Assembly: GCA_010909165.1 (NCBI GenBank)
Contig: MU008169.1
Coordinates: 1,922,001 to 1,986,000 of the forward strand
Direction: 5' to 3'
DNA from: Anthoceros angustus
Taxonomy: Eukaryota > Plantae > Anthocerotophyta
Length of the DNA: 64,000 bases
Part shown: one piece after another, positions 21,798-34,245 of the stretch
Numbering within the stretch: position 1 is the first letter of the stretch
Layout: each line of letters begins with the position of its first letter
Made by a program: the position numbers and the translations under genes
Notes under the pieces: generated by a model
Database searches by the model: none
Told to the model about the DNA's origin: nothing
The model's input: only the letters and a program-made list of their open reading frames with translations

Positions 21798-23151
21798 CTA
21801 CTGTAGGGAGTTCAGGAACAAAACTACGACGACAACCACACCTATCACAATGGGTATGCCGCTCACCAGGTAGAGGAAGCTAAACCCCTGCAGATGCACA
21901 GACCACGTCAGAACCTCTCCCTTGATCGATGAAACAAGTCATCTGTTTGAGACATGAAGTGGAATGCTCACCACCGCAGGCGGTAAAACCTCGCTCAGGT
22001 TCTTTTCCTCTTCCCCAGGGCCAATCTCAGAGGCTGCATCCCAGTCTGCTTGCGCAAGCTGAGCAGCTATCTTGGGATCTACCCCTGTCTTTGTCACTTT
22101 CGCATAAGGTGAAACCGCTGGAGGGGTTGGCACGAACTCCTCCTGTAAAAGGCAGAAACCAGGGCGGTTGGTGATCCATGTCCGCAGATTGGGAGGCCAC
22201 CGCCTCCAAAGCAGCATTCACAGGTCTACCTCCAAGTTTGGCCAGGAAGCCAGTTCCTTGGCAAGCTCCCGTAGCACAAGCCGGTCAGATGGGATCTTCC
22301 CTTCAAGAACCTTGTTCCATACAAGACATTCAGGTACATAAGGCCTCAAACCTGATGGAAACACAGCAGCTCACCGTCATACAAACTGGGAGGCTCAAGC
22401 TCGCACAACTCAACCAAATGTGCTCGCCTCGCCGCAAGCAATATGGACACGCACCTCTGCGAGCGCGTTTCCCATGTCTTCCCTGGAGCAGCCTCGCTCA
22501 TCCTCTACACCGAGCTGCCTCCTTCGTTCCACTTCCCGCGGATCCTCAATCATAACTGTCAGCCGCACCTAGCAAAAGCAAGATCAAACTCCTCAACAAG
22601 AATGAAACATGCGCACACTCCTCTCACACATCGGAAGAACGGACGATTACGCACCTCATTGGGAGTCATATCCCTTTTCTTCCTCAGAAGCTCCAGAATC
22701 TGCTTCCAAAACAAAACAACCGAAGCATGCATGCAATCAGACAACAACAAAAGCAACAAAAGCTTTAGCTCCACACTCCACACGGAGAAAGAAGAGAAAG
22801 CATACAAACCCTCGTGATCTCCCGCACATAGGCCTGATCCTCTTCATCTTCAGGAGAGACGGCCTCAGCTGCACTCCCTTCAGCTCCACCTCCTGCACCT
22901 CCCTCCCCGGAAGAGCTCCGCACTCCGAATCTCCTCCTACTCCTGGAAACCGGCTCCCATTGCCGCACCAGCTCGGATGCCGACTTACGCAAACAACCGA
23001 AGCTCGCTCCCGCCGAAATTGCAGGCAGCGAGGCACACCAGAGGCGGGACTGAGGCACAGAAAGCACAGCATTTCCGAGCACCAAGCTCGGGGCAGCAGG
23101 AACGTGCTGCAGCGTGAACGCTCCCAGATCCGCCATCGCTCCCTGCTCCAA
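21798..23151 (-). CDS. Y3IP1: Ycf3-interacting protein 1 (CEST), photosystem I assembly factor; multi-exon
   Basis: Exons encode EDQAYVREITR / ILELLRKKRDMTPNE / VRLTVMIEDPREVERRRQLG / VLEGKIPSDRLVLRELAKELASWPNLE / SPYAKVTKTGVDPK / GFSFLYLVSGIPIVIGVVVVVVLFLNSLQ*; none of these exons is a full ORF in the track. Confidence 0.92.
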
Positions 23152-23560
23152 GCGGCGGCAGGCACAAACAACTCGATCCGGCGGGTTTGCCCCCTGGAAC
23201 CGGGGCCTCGGGTTCGAACCGGGCTCCAGTTACCGGCCAGCAACGGTCACCGACGCGGTCCCCCCGTCACCACTGTACTTACCGGGACCAAGAGTGTAGG
23301 ACAGCCGAGCATGAGCGAGAGACAAGGCTCACCAAAGGAAAGTGAGAGCTTGGCCGAAGGACGGAGATGTCTGCGCCTGCCGCCTGACTCCCCCATTCCC
23401 TTCGACCGCTGTAGCCGCGGCTGGGGTTTGCAGCTGCGGCTCTGCGCGGAGCGGCATTGCGAAGTGCGTTCGCCTGCGCAGATCTGGGCGATGGCAATGA
23501 GGGAGTAGCTGCAGGCGCAGGCAGCAGCAGCCGCACGGCGGGCTCGGGGCAGGAGCAGCC
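23152..23560. promoter_or_regulatory. Probable bidirectional promoter between Y3IP1 and KOR
   Basis: ~410-bp GC-rich spacer between divergent starts. Confidence 0.5.
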
Positions 23561-26120
23561 ATGTATAACGCCTGGGGAGGGACGGTGGAGATAGAGGCAT
23601 CCGTGGACAATGATGTCCACAGCCGCAACCTGGAGATTGACAGGGCGTCCGTCAAGAGTTTGGAGGCCTCGCAGCAGAGCTGGCTGCTCGGGGAAACAGA
23701 TCGGGCCAAGAAGAACAAGTTCATCGACCTGGGATGCGTGCAATGCAGCAAACGCCTGTTCCTCACTTTCGTGTGTTTGTTCCTTACCTTCGGGATTATA
23801 GCTGGCTTGGTTTCAGTTATAGTGAAGACAGCTCCCCGGAAGCATCATGTTCCCCCTGTCGTGGACAACTACACCCAGGCTTTGCACCACGCTTTGAGTT
23901 TCTTCGACGCGCAGAAATGTGAGTCGTGCATTTGGGAGGACGAGCATTCGAAGTTGTTTCGCGTGGATGTAGCCTGAGCTGTGGTTCGGAGTATGAGGGT
24001 TCTGGGAGGGGACTAATTTCGAAGCGTGTGTGGTGGTTGTTACGCAGCCGGTCATCTTCCCAAAGGATTGTACAATATCTCGTATCGAGGGGACTCGGGA
24101 ATGCAGGATGGACTTTCGCCTGACTCGCTTGGCGGGTACCCGGATTTGGTTGGAGGATACTACGATGCTGGAGACAATATTAAGTTCGGCTTTCCGCAGT
24201 CCTTTGCAATGACAGTGCTCAGCTGGTCGGTAATTGAATACCGGGCCAAGTACGAGGCCGCAGGAGAGTTGGACCACATTAGGGAAATCATCAAATGGGG
24301 CACAGATTACATGCTGAAGACGTTCAACAGCTCTGCCCCGCCAGGGCAGGTGGACAAGATATGGGCTCAGGTCTGTAACTGCCCGATTTTCACATTTTGG
24401 CTCCGTCCTGGTAGCAAGTAAATGCCTGGCAATTCTGAGGATTGTTTTTTTCTGTGCGGGTGCAGGTTGGGCAAGGTAACCCGAATGCCGGAGTGGCCAA
24501 TGATCACACGTGCTGGAATTCACCAGAGGAGATGAGGTACCCTAGACCATGTTACCCGGTTAGCCAAGGGGCAGATTTGGCTGCGGAGATGGGAGCTGCT
24601 TTGGCAGCAGCTTCCATCGTGTTCAGGGATAATGTAACATATTCTTCGAAGCTTCTGTTTGCTGCGCAATCAGTGTATGCATTCGCCACAGACTCCGGGA
24701 AGAGGAACCTCTACACTGTGGACGATCCGGATGCCCTCCAGTTCTATAATTCTAGTGGATATCGGGATGAGATCCTATGGGGTGGTGCCTGGTTGTATTA
24801 TGCAACAGGGAACATAACCTACCTGGACTACGTGACAAACGAAGAACGTGCTCTTGTAACACGCGTTGCGAACACACATGAGGATTACTACGGAGTTTTC
24901 TCGTGGGACAACAAACTTATTGCTGCACAGGTCTTCTGAATCGCTGAGCAAGAAATTGTTTTGTGCTGTGGACTGGGGTTGATCTTGGCACCACAGTCGT
25001 GCCCCCCCCGCCCCCCAAACGGCTTTTCTCTTTTTACATGTGGAGGCTCCTCATATTGCCTGTGTGTGCAGATGCTGTTGACAAGGCTTCGGATATTGCA
25101 AGGTCCTGGATACCCTTATGAGCTGCTTCTGAAGCAGTACAACAACCACACGGACATTGTGATGTGTTCTTATCTGCCGTATTATCCAAGTTTTAATAGA
25201 ACAAGAGGTGGGGAGTGGAAAGTTTGTGCTGTTGATTGACACTTGTAGGATTGTACAACGTGTGCCCTACAAGAGGTTGTGGTGCTTGGTGATATGTGTC
25301 ACTTGTTATTAATTTGTTTGATGTCCTTCCTGCAGATGGTTTAATAATTATGAACCACAACGCCCCTGGCACGCTGTTCTATACGGTGAATGCAGCTTTC
25401 CTAGCAGCCCTGTACGCAGATTACCTTGAAGCTGCAGACATTCCAGGCTGGCATTGTGATTCATATTTCCAAAAAGTGGAGGAGCTGAGGACTTTTGCAA
25501 GATATCAGGTAAGGCTGGTTCTGTGTCTGTTTCGTTTGTTCGTCGTCAGCTGTTGTCTCGGGTTCCATCATGCTCGCACTGTCTTCTGGCCTTTATTGGA
25601 ACGCGTAGTATGTAATTAGCACACTGTATACATACAGACCATGTTGGTTCTGTTTCATTTGCGGATTTGTCTGTTGTCTTATGCACCCACCATTGTTGGC
25701 TCACAGATCGATTACATCCTGGGGAAGAACTCAAAAGGCATGAGCTATGTTGTTGGGTTCGGGAACAAGTATCCTCTCCAAGTCCATCATCGTGCAGCAT
25801 CGACCCCAACCGACAAAACCGTGTATGGTTGCCAAGATGGTTTCAGATGGTTGAACAGCACCCAACCCAACCCCCATGTGCTTGTGGGTGCACTGGTATC
25901 TGGGCCATTCAACGGCACTGATGCTTTCAAAGACGAGCGCCGAAACTACAACACCTCGGAGCCAACGCTCCACGGTAATGCGGGGCTGGTGGCTGCTCTC
26001 GTAGCTCTTTCCGAGGTTGACTCTCCAAACACCCCGAAGCTGGATGTCAACTCCATCTTTGCATCCATCCCTCCCATGTACCCGACCACTCCTCCACCAC
26101 CCCCTCCATACGCACCTTGA
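23561..26120 (+). CDS. KOR1: Membrane-anchored endo-1,4-beta-glucanase GH9A (KORRIGAN-like); multi-exon
   Basis: MYNAWGG.VEI, QQSWLLG, DLGCV, TM helix, [61 protein letters not shown]-terminal PPPPPPYAP*. Confidence 0.93.
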
Positions 26121-28613
26121 TCCTCCCTATCTACAACAGGCCTGCATCTGGAGCCAGCACAAACCTCGAAGACGAGTCAGGCATGATGATACTCTCCTGA
26201 GATTCTGCAGTCGTCCGGAGAACCCAGCCAGTGGAGACTAACCGGAGCAGTGTGAGAGGCCGTGTTGTGCAGATTATCTAACGAAATTTTCGTCCAGCTG
26301 AATGCTCGACAGCGACGCTGGGGTGAGCATCCATCGTGACACCCATAGTAGCAAGGGCAAACTGTTGTCCTTGAATGATTAGAAGCAGTTTGTGTAGCTT
26401 ATGTACGAGTATTACTTTGATTGGTTTGCAAGCTTGCTCGGTTTCAGAGTTGAGCTTTGGCAGGTTCAATAACATTGGCAGCTTGGCCACAACAGAGTCT
26501 GCCTCAAGAGGGCCTGTAAATTACAGCACGAGAACCAGCCGGGATGGGCATGGGCATGGTCTCCTGTGTTCACCAATGTGTACAACCGACTTTTCATGGC
26601 CGCAAGCTTCACAATTTTGATTCCTAGAACTTCCATTTTCACATCTCCATTCTTCTGTGTAGCTTCGCATGCGTGTATCTCACAAGCTTGTACGTTTTAA
26701 ACTCTTCGCAGTCACCGAGTCCAGATCTTTTCTGGGACCAGCTCAGGAAAGGAAGGGCTTTTGCTTTCTTGCAGCAAAGAGTGCCATACAATATGCTGTG
26801 GTACGGGTGCTGTGCACAGCTGTGTCTTACCAGACTGGAGCATGTCAACCTGTTATTGTATCCATGTGGCTGTCATATCCATTGAACCCAAGTATGTATG
26901 CATGTATAAACAGCAGGAGAAGACGTACGGGTGAATGGCACCGATACATACATATACATACGTACATATGTATGTATACTGCGTCCTCTCGAGTCCAGCT
27001 TACTATCTGAAGGAAGCTTGTGCACAGCAGAGCCCCTCGGGTCCCCTGCATTCCGTCTGGGCCGGGTTAGGGCTGGGTTAAGTTAACCTCCAGTGCGGTG
27101 CATTACCTTGGTGTGAAGATGCGATGCAATCGAGTGGAGCCCCCGGCACGTGGCCGGCTTTTATTTACAAGGCGCACAAAAATTCGGCATTGGCCTAGGC
27201 GCCATTTATGTAGGTACATATTTGAGAAATGGTGGTGTACGGCCTTGAGTCGTGAATCGTGAAAAAACGCAGGGCAACAGCGGGCAGGCTCTACAGTATC
27301 ACTCACTCACCAGACTCTCCAGGACAGCAACTCCGAAACCATAGCTTCCTTCCAGGCGGGCCGGGTGTTGTGTGTGAACAAGGCTCCTTTCTCCCTGCCC
27401 TCCTGCTTTCCTTCCCCTTGCCGGCTCTAGGTCTGTGTTTGTGCAGATCTCGCCAAGGCTGCGTCTGCGTCTGCGTTGCCGTTGGAGTTGCTGGATCCGA
27501 GCTGGTTGTGTGCTCCATCTTGGCCTTGCCTTGCCCCGGGCCTCGCAAAATGGAGTGGAATGGAGTGGAGCGCGGTACCGGATTGAGGGGGTGATGAGTG
27601 AGCGGGTTGCTTCATTTCTTGGCGGTTTCACGATCGGCTGTGCTGGCTTGCTTCTTTGGGAGAGGAGGCGGGGGCATTGGGAGTTTGAGACGAGGAGTCG
27701 CAGTGCAGTGAGTGCTGAATTCTTCCCGCAGCGTGTCCTGCGTCCGGGAGCGGTTAGGATTGCGTTGCATCGTCCCCGCCCGTTTCGTCCTGCTGTTGCT
27801 CCGCATTGGAGGAATTGTCTTGGCTCGGCGATGATTGGTCTGTGATGGCGGCGTTTTCTTGAGATTCAATCCCGACGGGCGCGGGCCTATTGGGGGACGA
27901 GCTTGGCGCGCTTTTCGGACCTCTGTCAACGGATTCTGCGGCTGGTTGTTTCTGGGGACGAGCTCAGGGCGTGGAGGAGCTGGCAGCGGGTGCTGTGTTT
28001 TGTGTTGGAATCAGGTTGATGAGGGTGAGGGAGGCGGGACCCGGATCGGTTGTGTGGGTTTGGGAGGTCGCATTTGGGGATGACGGGGTGGAGGATGACC
28101 GGGGCGGGTGGGCTGATCTGAGCTGAGAGGCAAGAGTGTGTGTTGGAGTCTGCATGCCGGTTCGGGCATCTCTTGCAGGGCGGAGAGGAGGGGGAGCGAG
28201 GCTGGCGTTTGCACTGACGGTTCAGTTACCGTTGGCATGAGGACTCGGAGGCGGTTGGTTTGAGCAGATCCCAGCCTGCAGGTGGCATGCCGCGCTTCGC
28301 ACCGCTGGGAAGCCTCGCCGGCATCATGATTGGCTGTTCCCAGGGGCACCCAACACTGCGCCTTACCAGCCCAGCTCGGATCCCGCAGGCGTCCATGGTG
28401 CCGGGATAGGACAGGTCTGCAGCTACGCTACGTATGCAGGAATGGGGCAGGAGGTGGACTTGTTCCTCTGTTGCAGCCTGGTAGTTGCGCTTGTGCGGAA
28501 GGTGCTGAATTTGCTGCCCCCAGTTTGTGTACAGATGGTGATTTCCTCACGCATTCCGCTCGTTTGACGTCTGGTGGTGCTTACTCGAGGGGGAGGCAGC
28601 GGGCCGATTCAGT

Positions 28614-31548
28614 ATGCTACGGCAGTCACAGGCCCAAGCGCAAGGGCAGGGCAGGCGGATTAGGTTACGTAGCGGAAGCTTGATCATGCGTCTCATCTGG
28701 GTCACTGGGTACTTCAGCGTCACACTGGCGGCACTGTTGTCTACCTATCTCTTTCCAGCTCTGCTCTCCGGCTTGCGCTCGGAACTGTACACCTCCTCAG
28801 ACAGGTTGCTCAAGGTGGGTGTTTCGCTTGCTCGTTGCGTGCGCGCATTGAGACTGGGGTGGCTTCAGGTTCGGGGAGATGGCAGCTGGTGTCTCATATG
28901 TTCGTCCTTCTCGTCTCCAGGCCGACACGGGATTACCAGGCTTCACCAGCTCAGAGATGAGCTGGAAGCAAGAAAATTTACCTCCTCATTTGTCCAGGTG
29001 GATGAATTCGCAAGAGAATCCTTTGCAACAGAAGGAAACTTATCGTAAGGTGAGGTCTCCTTGCACCCAGTGGGGTCTCAGTTGTGCTAGAGCATGTAGA
29101 CTATTTTTTTCCGGAAAGCTTGTACGGGCTGCTCCCTCATTCACCTTGCATCTTCCTAGTCCCAAATGTTCGGGTCTGCACTCACCGCTAGCTCAAAGTA
29201 TTGCATCCCAGTGAAAGAGAGGTATGAAGAAATCATGAGAATGTAGTGCCACGGATTCACATGCTTGCAAGGTTCTTGAGTCTGACCATGGTTGGTGCAC
29301 TGTTGGTGCTCTGAAGCTATGGAAACCTCCCGTGAACCGAGGATTTGGAGAATGTGTGGACCCAAGCCCAAGATACACGCGTATGCCTCCTCTCATTTAA
29401 CAAAAGGCTGCTCGGTGGTTGACGTGTGACATGATTTTAGCCCAAGTTTTCCCTAGATGGGTGAAGTTCTAAGTCTTTACGAGTCCGGCCCTGTATGACC
29501 ATGGCAGCTCCGGGGACATCAAAAGGCTATTTGCTAGTAAGCAGCAACGGAGGCCTTAACCAAATGCGAGCAGGGGTAGGTTTCGGTTTCTTAAAAAGTA
29601 TCTGCATGTCGGGCTGCGTTCTGGAAGAGGCCTGTTGTTTCACCTCACCTTGTCTCACTGGCTTGGGCTGTGCAGATTTGTGACATGGTAGCAATCGCAC
29701 GTATCATAAATGCAACTTTGGTTGTCCCAGAACTGGACACGGGATCGTTCTGGCAAGATTCTAGGTGAAGACTCTCACACTTTGACATGAGATCATGATT
29801 CTTGCTCTCACTGGTTCTCGTCACATTCTCATTTTATGGCTGACTATCCGCTGTGCAGCAATTTCTCGGATATTTTTGACGTGAATCATTTTATCAAAGC
29901 TTTGGAGAAGGACGTGGAAGTTGTTGTGAAGCTGCCTGAGGAGTATCGCCACTCGCCAAAGGCTTCTAAACAGTTTAGAAGCTGGTCAGGCATGGAGTAC
30001 TATGAGGAGGATATCGCCAGCCTGTGGGAGGACCACAAGGTTTGCATCATATCTGCTTTTGGCATTATATGCATCTTGCACACGAATTCTGTTCTTATGT
30101 GCACTGGTTGTGCAGGTCATCAAGGCTGTAAAAACAGACTCTCGCCTGGCCAACAATGACCTGCCAGCTGATATCCAGAAATTGAGGTGCCGTGTGCATT
30201 ATGATGCTCTTCAGTTTGCACCTCGAATCAAAGCTTTTGGAGAGGTATGCTTTGCTGCTACATTGTATTAGTTGGTTGGTGTAACTTGACAGAGTTTTAT
30301 GACATCAACTCTACGGCACTGAGCAGAAGCTCGTGGAGAGGATGAGGGCCGATGGACCTTACATAGCATTACATTTGCGATATGAGAAGGATATGTTGGC
30401 ATTTAGTGGCTGCACACATGGTCTCACTGAGGAAGAAGCCGAGGAGCTCACTCGGATCAGGTATCGACTTTGCGGAGTACCTTACCATCAGACTGGGGAT
30501 AGGGTCAGGAGTTGAAAGGTGTTTGCTGAAAGTGATCCGCCCATGCCATGGTCTATGCTGCAGAGAGGAAACTAAACACTGGAGAGTGAAAGAGATCAAC
30601 TCGACGGAACAGCGAGAGAAGGGTTTCTGTCCTCTTACTCCAAGAGAGGTTGGCATTTTTCTAAGCGGGCTTGGTTATCCTAACGAAACGCGGATCTACA
30701 TTGCCGCTGGAGAAATCTACGGGGGCCAGAAACGAATGATGGACCTTAGTTCGCACTTTCCCAACTTGATGCGCAAGGTCTGCTTCTCTCACGTAGTCAT
30801 ACTTGGTAGCTTCTGGACTTCTGTCGTCTGTCTAAATATTGGGGATCCACTGCTGCTCAGGAGACTATTGCCAGTCGCGGAGAACTCGCGCCCTTCGCGC
30901 AACACGCCTCTCAGATGGCTGCCTTGGATTACATCGTCTCGGTAGCGAGTGATGTGTTCGTGCCCTCATACTCGGGGAACATGGCAAGGGCAGTGGAAGG
31001 CCATAGGCGGTTCAATGGACACTTGAAAACCATCATTCCTGACAGGTAGAGGAGCCTTGATTCAATAACGCGATTTATTTCCTAGTCTGTAGGTCTCTTT
31101 CTAACCGACAAATGTTGTTGTGACTTCAGGAAAGAGTTGGTGGCACTGTTTGACAAGTTGGACAGGGGTGAGCTGACTGAGGGTGACGAATTATCTGCAG
31201 CTATCACCGAGCTTCACAGACGCAGGTACGTCTACTCGCACATATCATGCCCACTGCACTGATTGTCCTCCTGGTCGGCATATTTGATTACTCACTGTAA
31301 CCAGTTGTTATATCCTCTGCAGGCAAGGAGGCCCCCGGAAAAGGAAAGGGCCATTATCAGGTAGTAGAGGAAAAGACCGTTTCAGGACAGAAGAGGCGTT
31401 CTACACCAACCCCAATCCTGATTGCATCTGTCAGAAAGCCAGCACTGCTGGTGAACTAGGTAAGGCCGGTATCACATACAACAGTATTTCTCAAAGACAT
31501 GACTCAAAAGGGATGACGGAGGTGAAGAAGGGCCTCCATTCACATTAG
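28614..31548 (+). CDS. O-fucosyltransferase family (GT106 / DUF246) protein; multi-exon
   Basis: Exons with [137 protein letters not shown]; start codon approximate. Confidence 0.88.
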
Positions 31549-31926
31549 TTGGTCATCTTGGAGGGGAAATTATGTGTGTGTGCACTCATGTCCTAGCCCA
31601 ATCGCTCCTCCAACTATATTTATTCTGCATGCCTTTCAATTCAGGGGGGTTACCCGTGGCGGCGACAACTGCCAGGATTTACAGCAAGGGATTCATTGTA
31701 TGCATGGAGGCAATAGCTGATAATTCATTCAATACCGGGGTCCCAAAGTTCGAGAGCTCGCTACCTGACACAATATCACACCTGTTAGCACCACGAGAGC
31801 GTCAAATGACCCTCCTTGTGGGTGGTGAAGAAATTCATTGGCTGATGGGTAAGACACTCACCATTCTGCCCCCCTTGGGGATAGAGAAGGACGTGGTAGA
31901 GAAAGAATCGAGCAGCCCGGGCAACG

Positions 31927-33300
31927 CTACGCCATGGCTCCTTCCAAGAAAGACGCCTGCTTCCTTTGCCGATCCTCATACGAAGGCTCGGTAGGGCGGA
32001 GCAGGAGTGGGATATGCCTGCCCCCACACTTTCCCCTACTCGGCTCGCGCGCCACACCCGCCTCCGGCAGCTGCGCTACCACATCCCGTAACAGCTCGGC
32101 TGAAACGAGCGTCTCGTTCAACAAAGACCCGACATGGGAACGCAGCTGCCTGGCCGCCTCCTGGGAGCAGGAGAAGGCCACGCCCTGAAAGCTGCAAGCG
32201 CGAAGCAGCAGCGGCCTTTCCGACGCCATCACATACTGCGGCTTCCTCCCCGTCCTCTCCACGTCAAGCAGCTCGTCCACAACTCCCGGCAGCTCCTTCC
32301 CTTCACCAACCATAAACAACACCGCTGCAATGCACCGCACCTGGTGCCACAAAAACGCGTTCCCCTTCAACCTCAGCACCCACATCCCCCCCGAACCCCT
32401 AACCGGGAACACCCCGATCTCGCTGATCGTCCTCACATAATTATGGACATTGGCCGCATCCATCTTGCAAAAATTCCGAAAATCATGCTCCCCGGCCAGC
32501 TTCCCGCACGCCTCCTGCATCAGCCCGACATCCAACCCCTGCTCCAGGAAGAAGTACGAGTACTCCCGCCCCAGGCAGCTAAACCTAGCGCTGAAGGACT
32601 CCGGCACCGGGCACCACCCCAGCACCCGAATATCCCCCGGCAGAGCCCGGTTCAGCACTCGGACGTAATCCACCTCCCCTTCCTCCTCCTCCGCGGCCGC
32701 CATGGCCGCCATCTCCTGCTCCTCCCGCGACAAGCCCTGGCCGCCTCAACCCTATCCCGCCCCAAACCCTGGCCCGGTCCTCCTCCCGCCTCCTTCCGGC
32801 TGGATCTCAGCCGGAGAGCCACCACCTGCCCGCCGCCGACACCCCCTGTCCGTCCGCCCGCACCGGGAATACCCCGCCTCCGCCCGACTACCCACCAGCA
32901 GCCTCGTGTGCTCCAGGGCGGAGAACAGCGCCTGCTCCACCGTCTTCACGCTCCCCGGCTGGGATGCGAAGCCCTGATACCCGGCCCCGATGTACATGAG
33001 CTTGAGCGCCACATGCCGCCTGCCGTAGTGCGCCATGTCTCCCCCCGCGCCATCCTTTCTCCGCTTCCGCCTGCCCCTGCCCCTGCCATCGCCCTGCTCG
33101 GTGCTGGGAGCTTGCCCCGTTCCGTTGCCGATGCCAGTGCCGTTGAAAGGACGCTGAGGCTCCTCGTCCGCGACAGCGCCGGCCGTGCGTAGGCGAGAAT
33201 TCTCCGCCTCCAGAAGCTCAACTCTGAGCTGCAACGCGATCACTCTGGCCTGGAGCTCCGCGATGCACCTCTGAGCATCTGCCACGAACTCCGCCTCCAT
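31927..33300 (-). CDS. tRNA pseudouridine(38/39) synthase, TruA/PUS3-DEG1 family, intronless, with apparent homopolymer frameshifts at ~32735-32845
   Basis: RRHVALKLMYIG..YQGFA, YSRCGRTD catalytic motif, LNRALPGDIR, ARFSC..REY.YF, GEHDFRNFCKMD, GNAFLWHQVRC; adding one G to each of three G runs restores GVSAAGQVVALRLRS and one continuous frame. Confidence 0.85.
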
Positions 33301-33909
33301 GGACAAGCATCGCCACCGAGCCCGCCAACCAGCCTTCTTCGCCAGCAGCTTCACTACCATCGACACATCATGAGTATGCACATCTCTCACTTTCTCTCGT
33401 GCATCTCATTCGTATATTATAAATGTAGTGAGCTTTATGGAATAAAGCTTCCATTTGACGTTCCATGTAAACCATAGGCTTGCAAATCGATACCGCGATC
33501 GCAGAGGTGAAAACAAAGGCAGGCACGTGGTTAGGCATACATGTTGGAGGGATGGATGTCCCATCCGAAACCGAAGGACGCTGTCCTCCGTGATCACGTG
33601 GCTTTACAGGCCGTACCCGTAGCCTTAACCCCAGATGGACGGTTCTGGGATTATTTTGGGCAAAAAAATAGCGGATATCAATTTAAAAGCTGTTTGAGCC
33701 TGTAATTAATTGATTTTAATTTTAAAAAATGAGGAAGGGGATCTCTTTGCCGAGGGCTTTCCAACTCAATCTCATTTGGCTCAATCCATGGAGAGATGGT
33801 TGTGGCATGCCATTTGAAACAATTGGCGGGGGTAGTGAGATGTAAGTTTCGTGGGCAGGTTTGGAGCACTCGATGCTGAGATGCAGGAACTCAATACACC
33901 ATCGGGAAG

Positions 33910-34130
33910 TAAAGCGGGGCAAGATGCAGTAATTGAGCAATGATAATTGTAGGATTAAGGCTGAATGCATGTACTTATAATTATACAAGTGCGGTTGTAA
34001 AAGCGCTCTTGTCGAAGTCACGATGGTAACGACGAGCTGTTATGCGGCAACTAAGCATTTATCTCGTGTGCACGAAACGTGCCCTAATGGCTAATGGTCG
34101 ATGGGCGAAGCTCAATCCGTGGCTCCAACA
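33910..34130 (-). repeat. Copia 3' LTR (221 bp; TG...TA termini)
   Basis: Starts TGTTGGAG right after the G-rich PPT, ends GCCCCGCTTTA; homologous to 45302-45487 and 44127-44255. Confidence 0.85.
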
Positions 34131-34245
34131 CCCCCCGCCAGTTCCAACAATCTTCAGTCCAGTCTCCGAACACAGAGATGAAAACTCGAAGTTGCTGAAG
34201 CATAACGCTAGCAGTGGTGGTGCGGAATTAAGGACCTCCCCCTTC

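Noticed and set aside
22311-22317. CTTGTTC (MYCS/CTTC-like) motif as an STR2 promoter element
   Set aside because: It lies inside a Y3IP1 coding exon, and a 7-mer is expected by chance.
27594-27845. Small ORF MSERVASFLGGFTIG.. upstream of the O-fucosyltransferase gene
   Set aside because: No recognisable family or splice support; probably GC-rich promoter or 5' UTR sequence.
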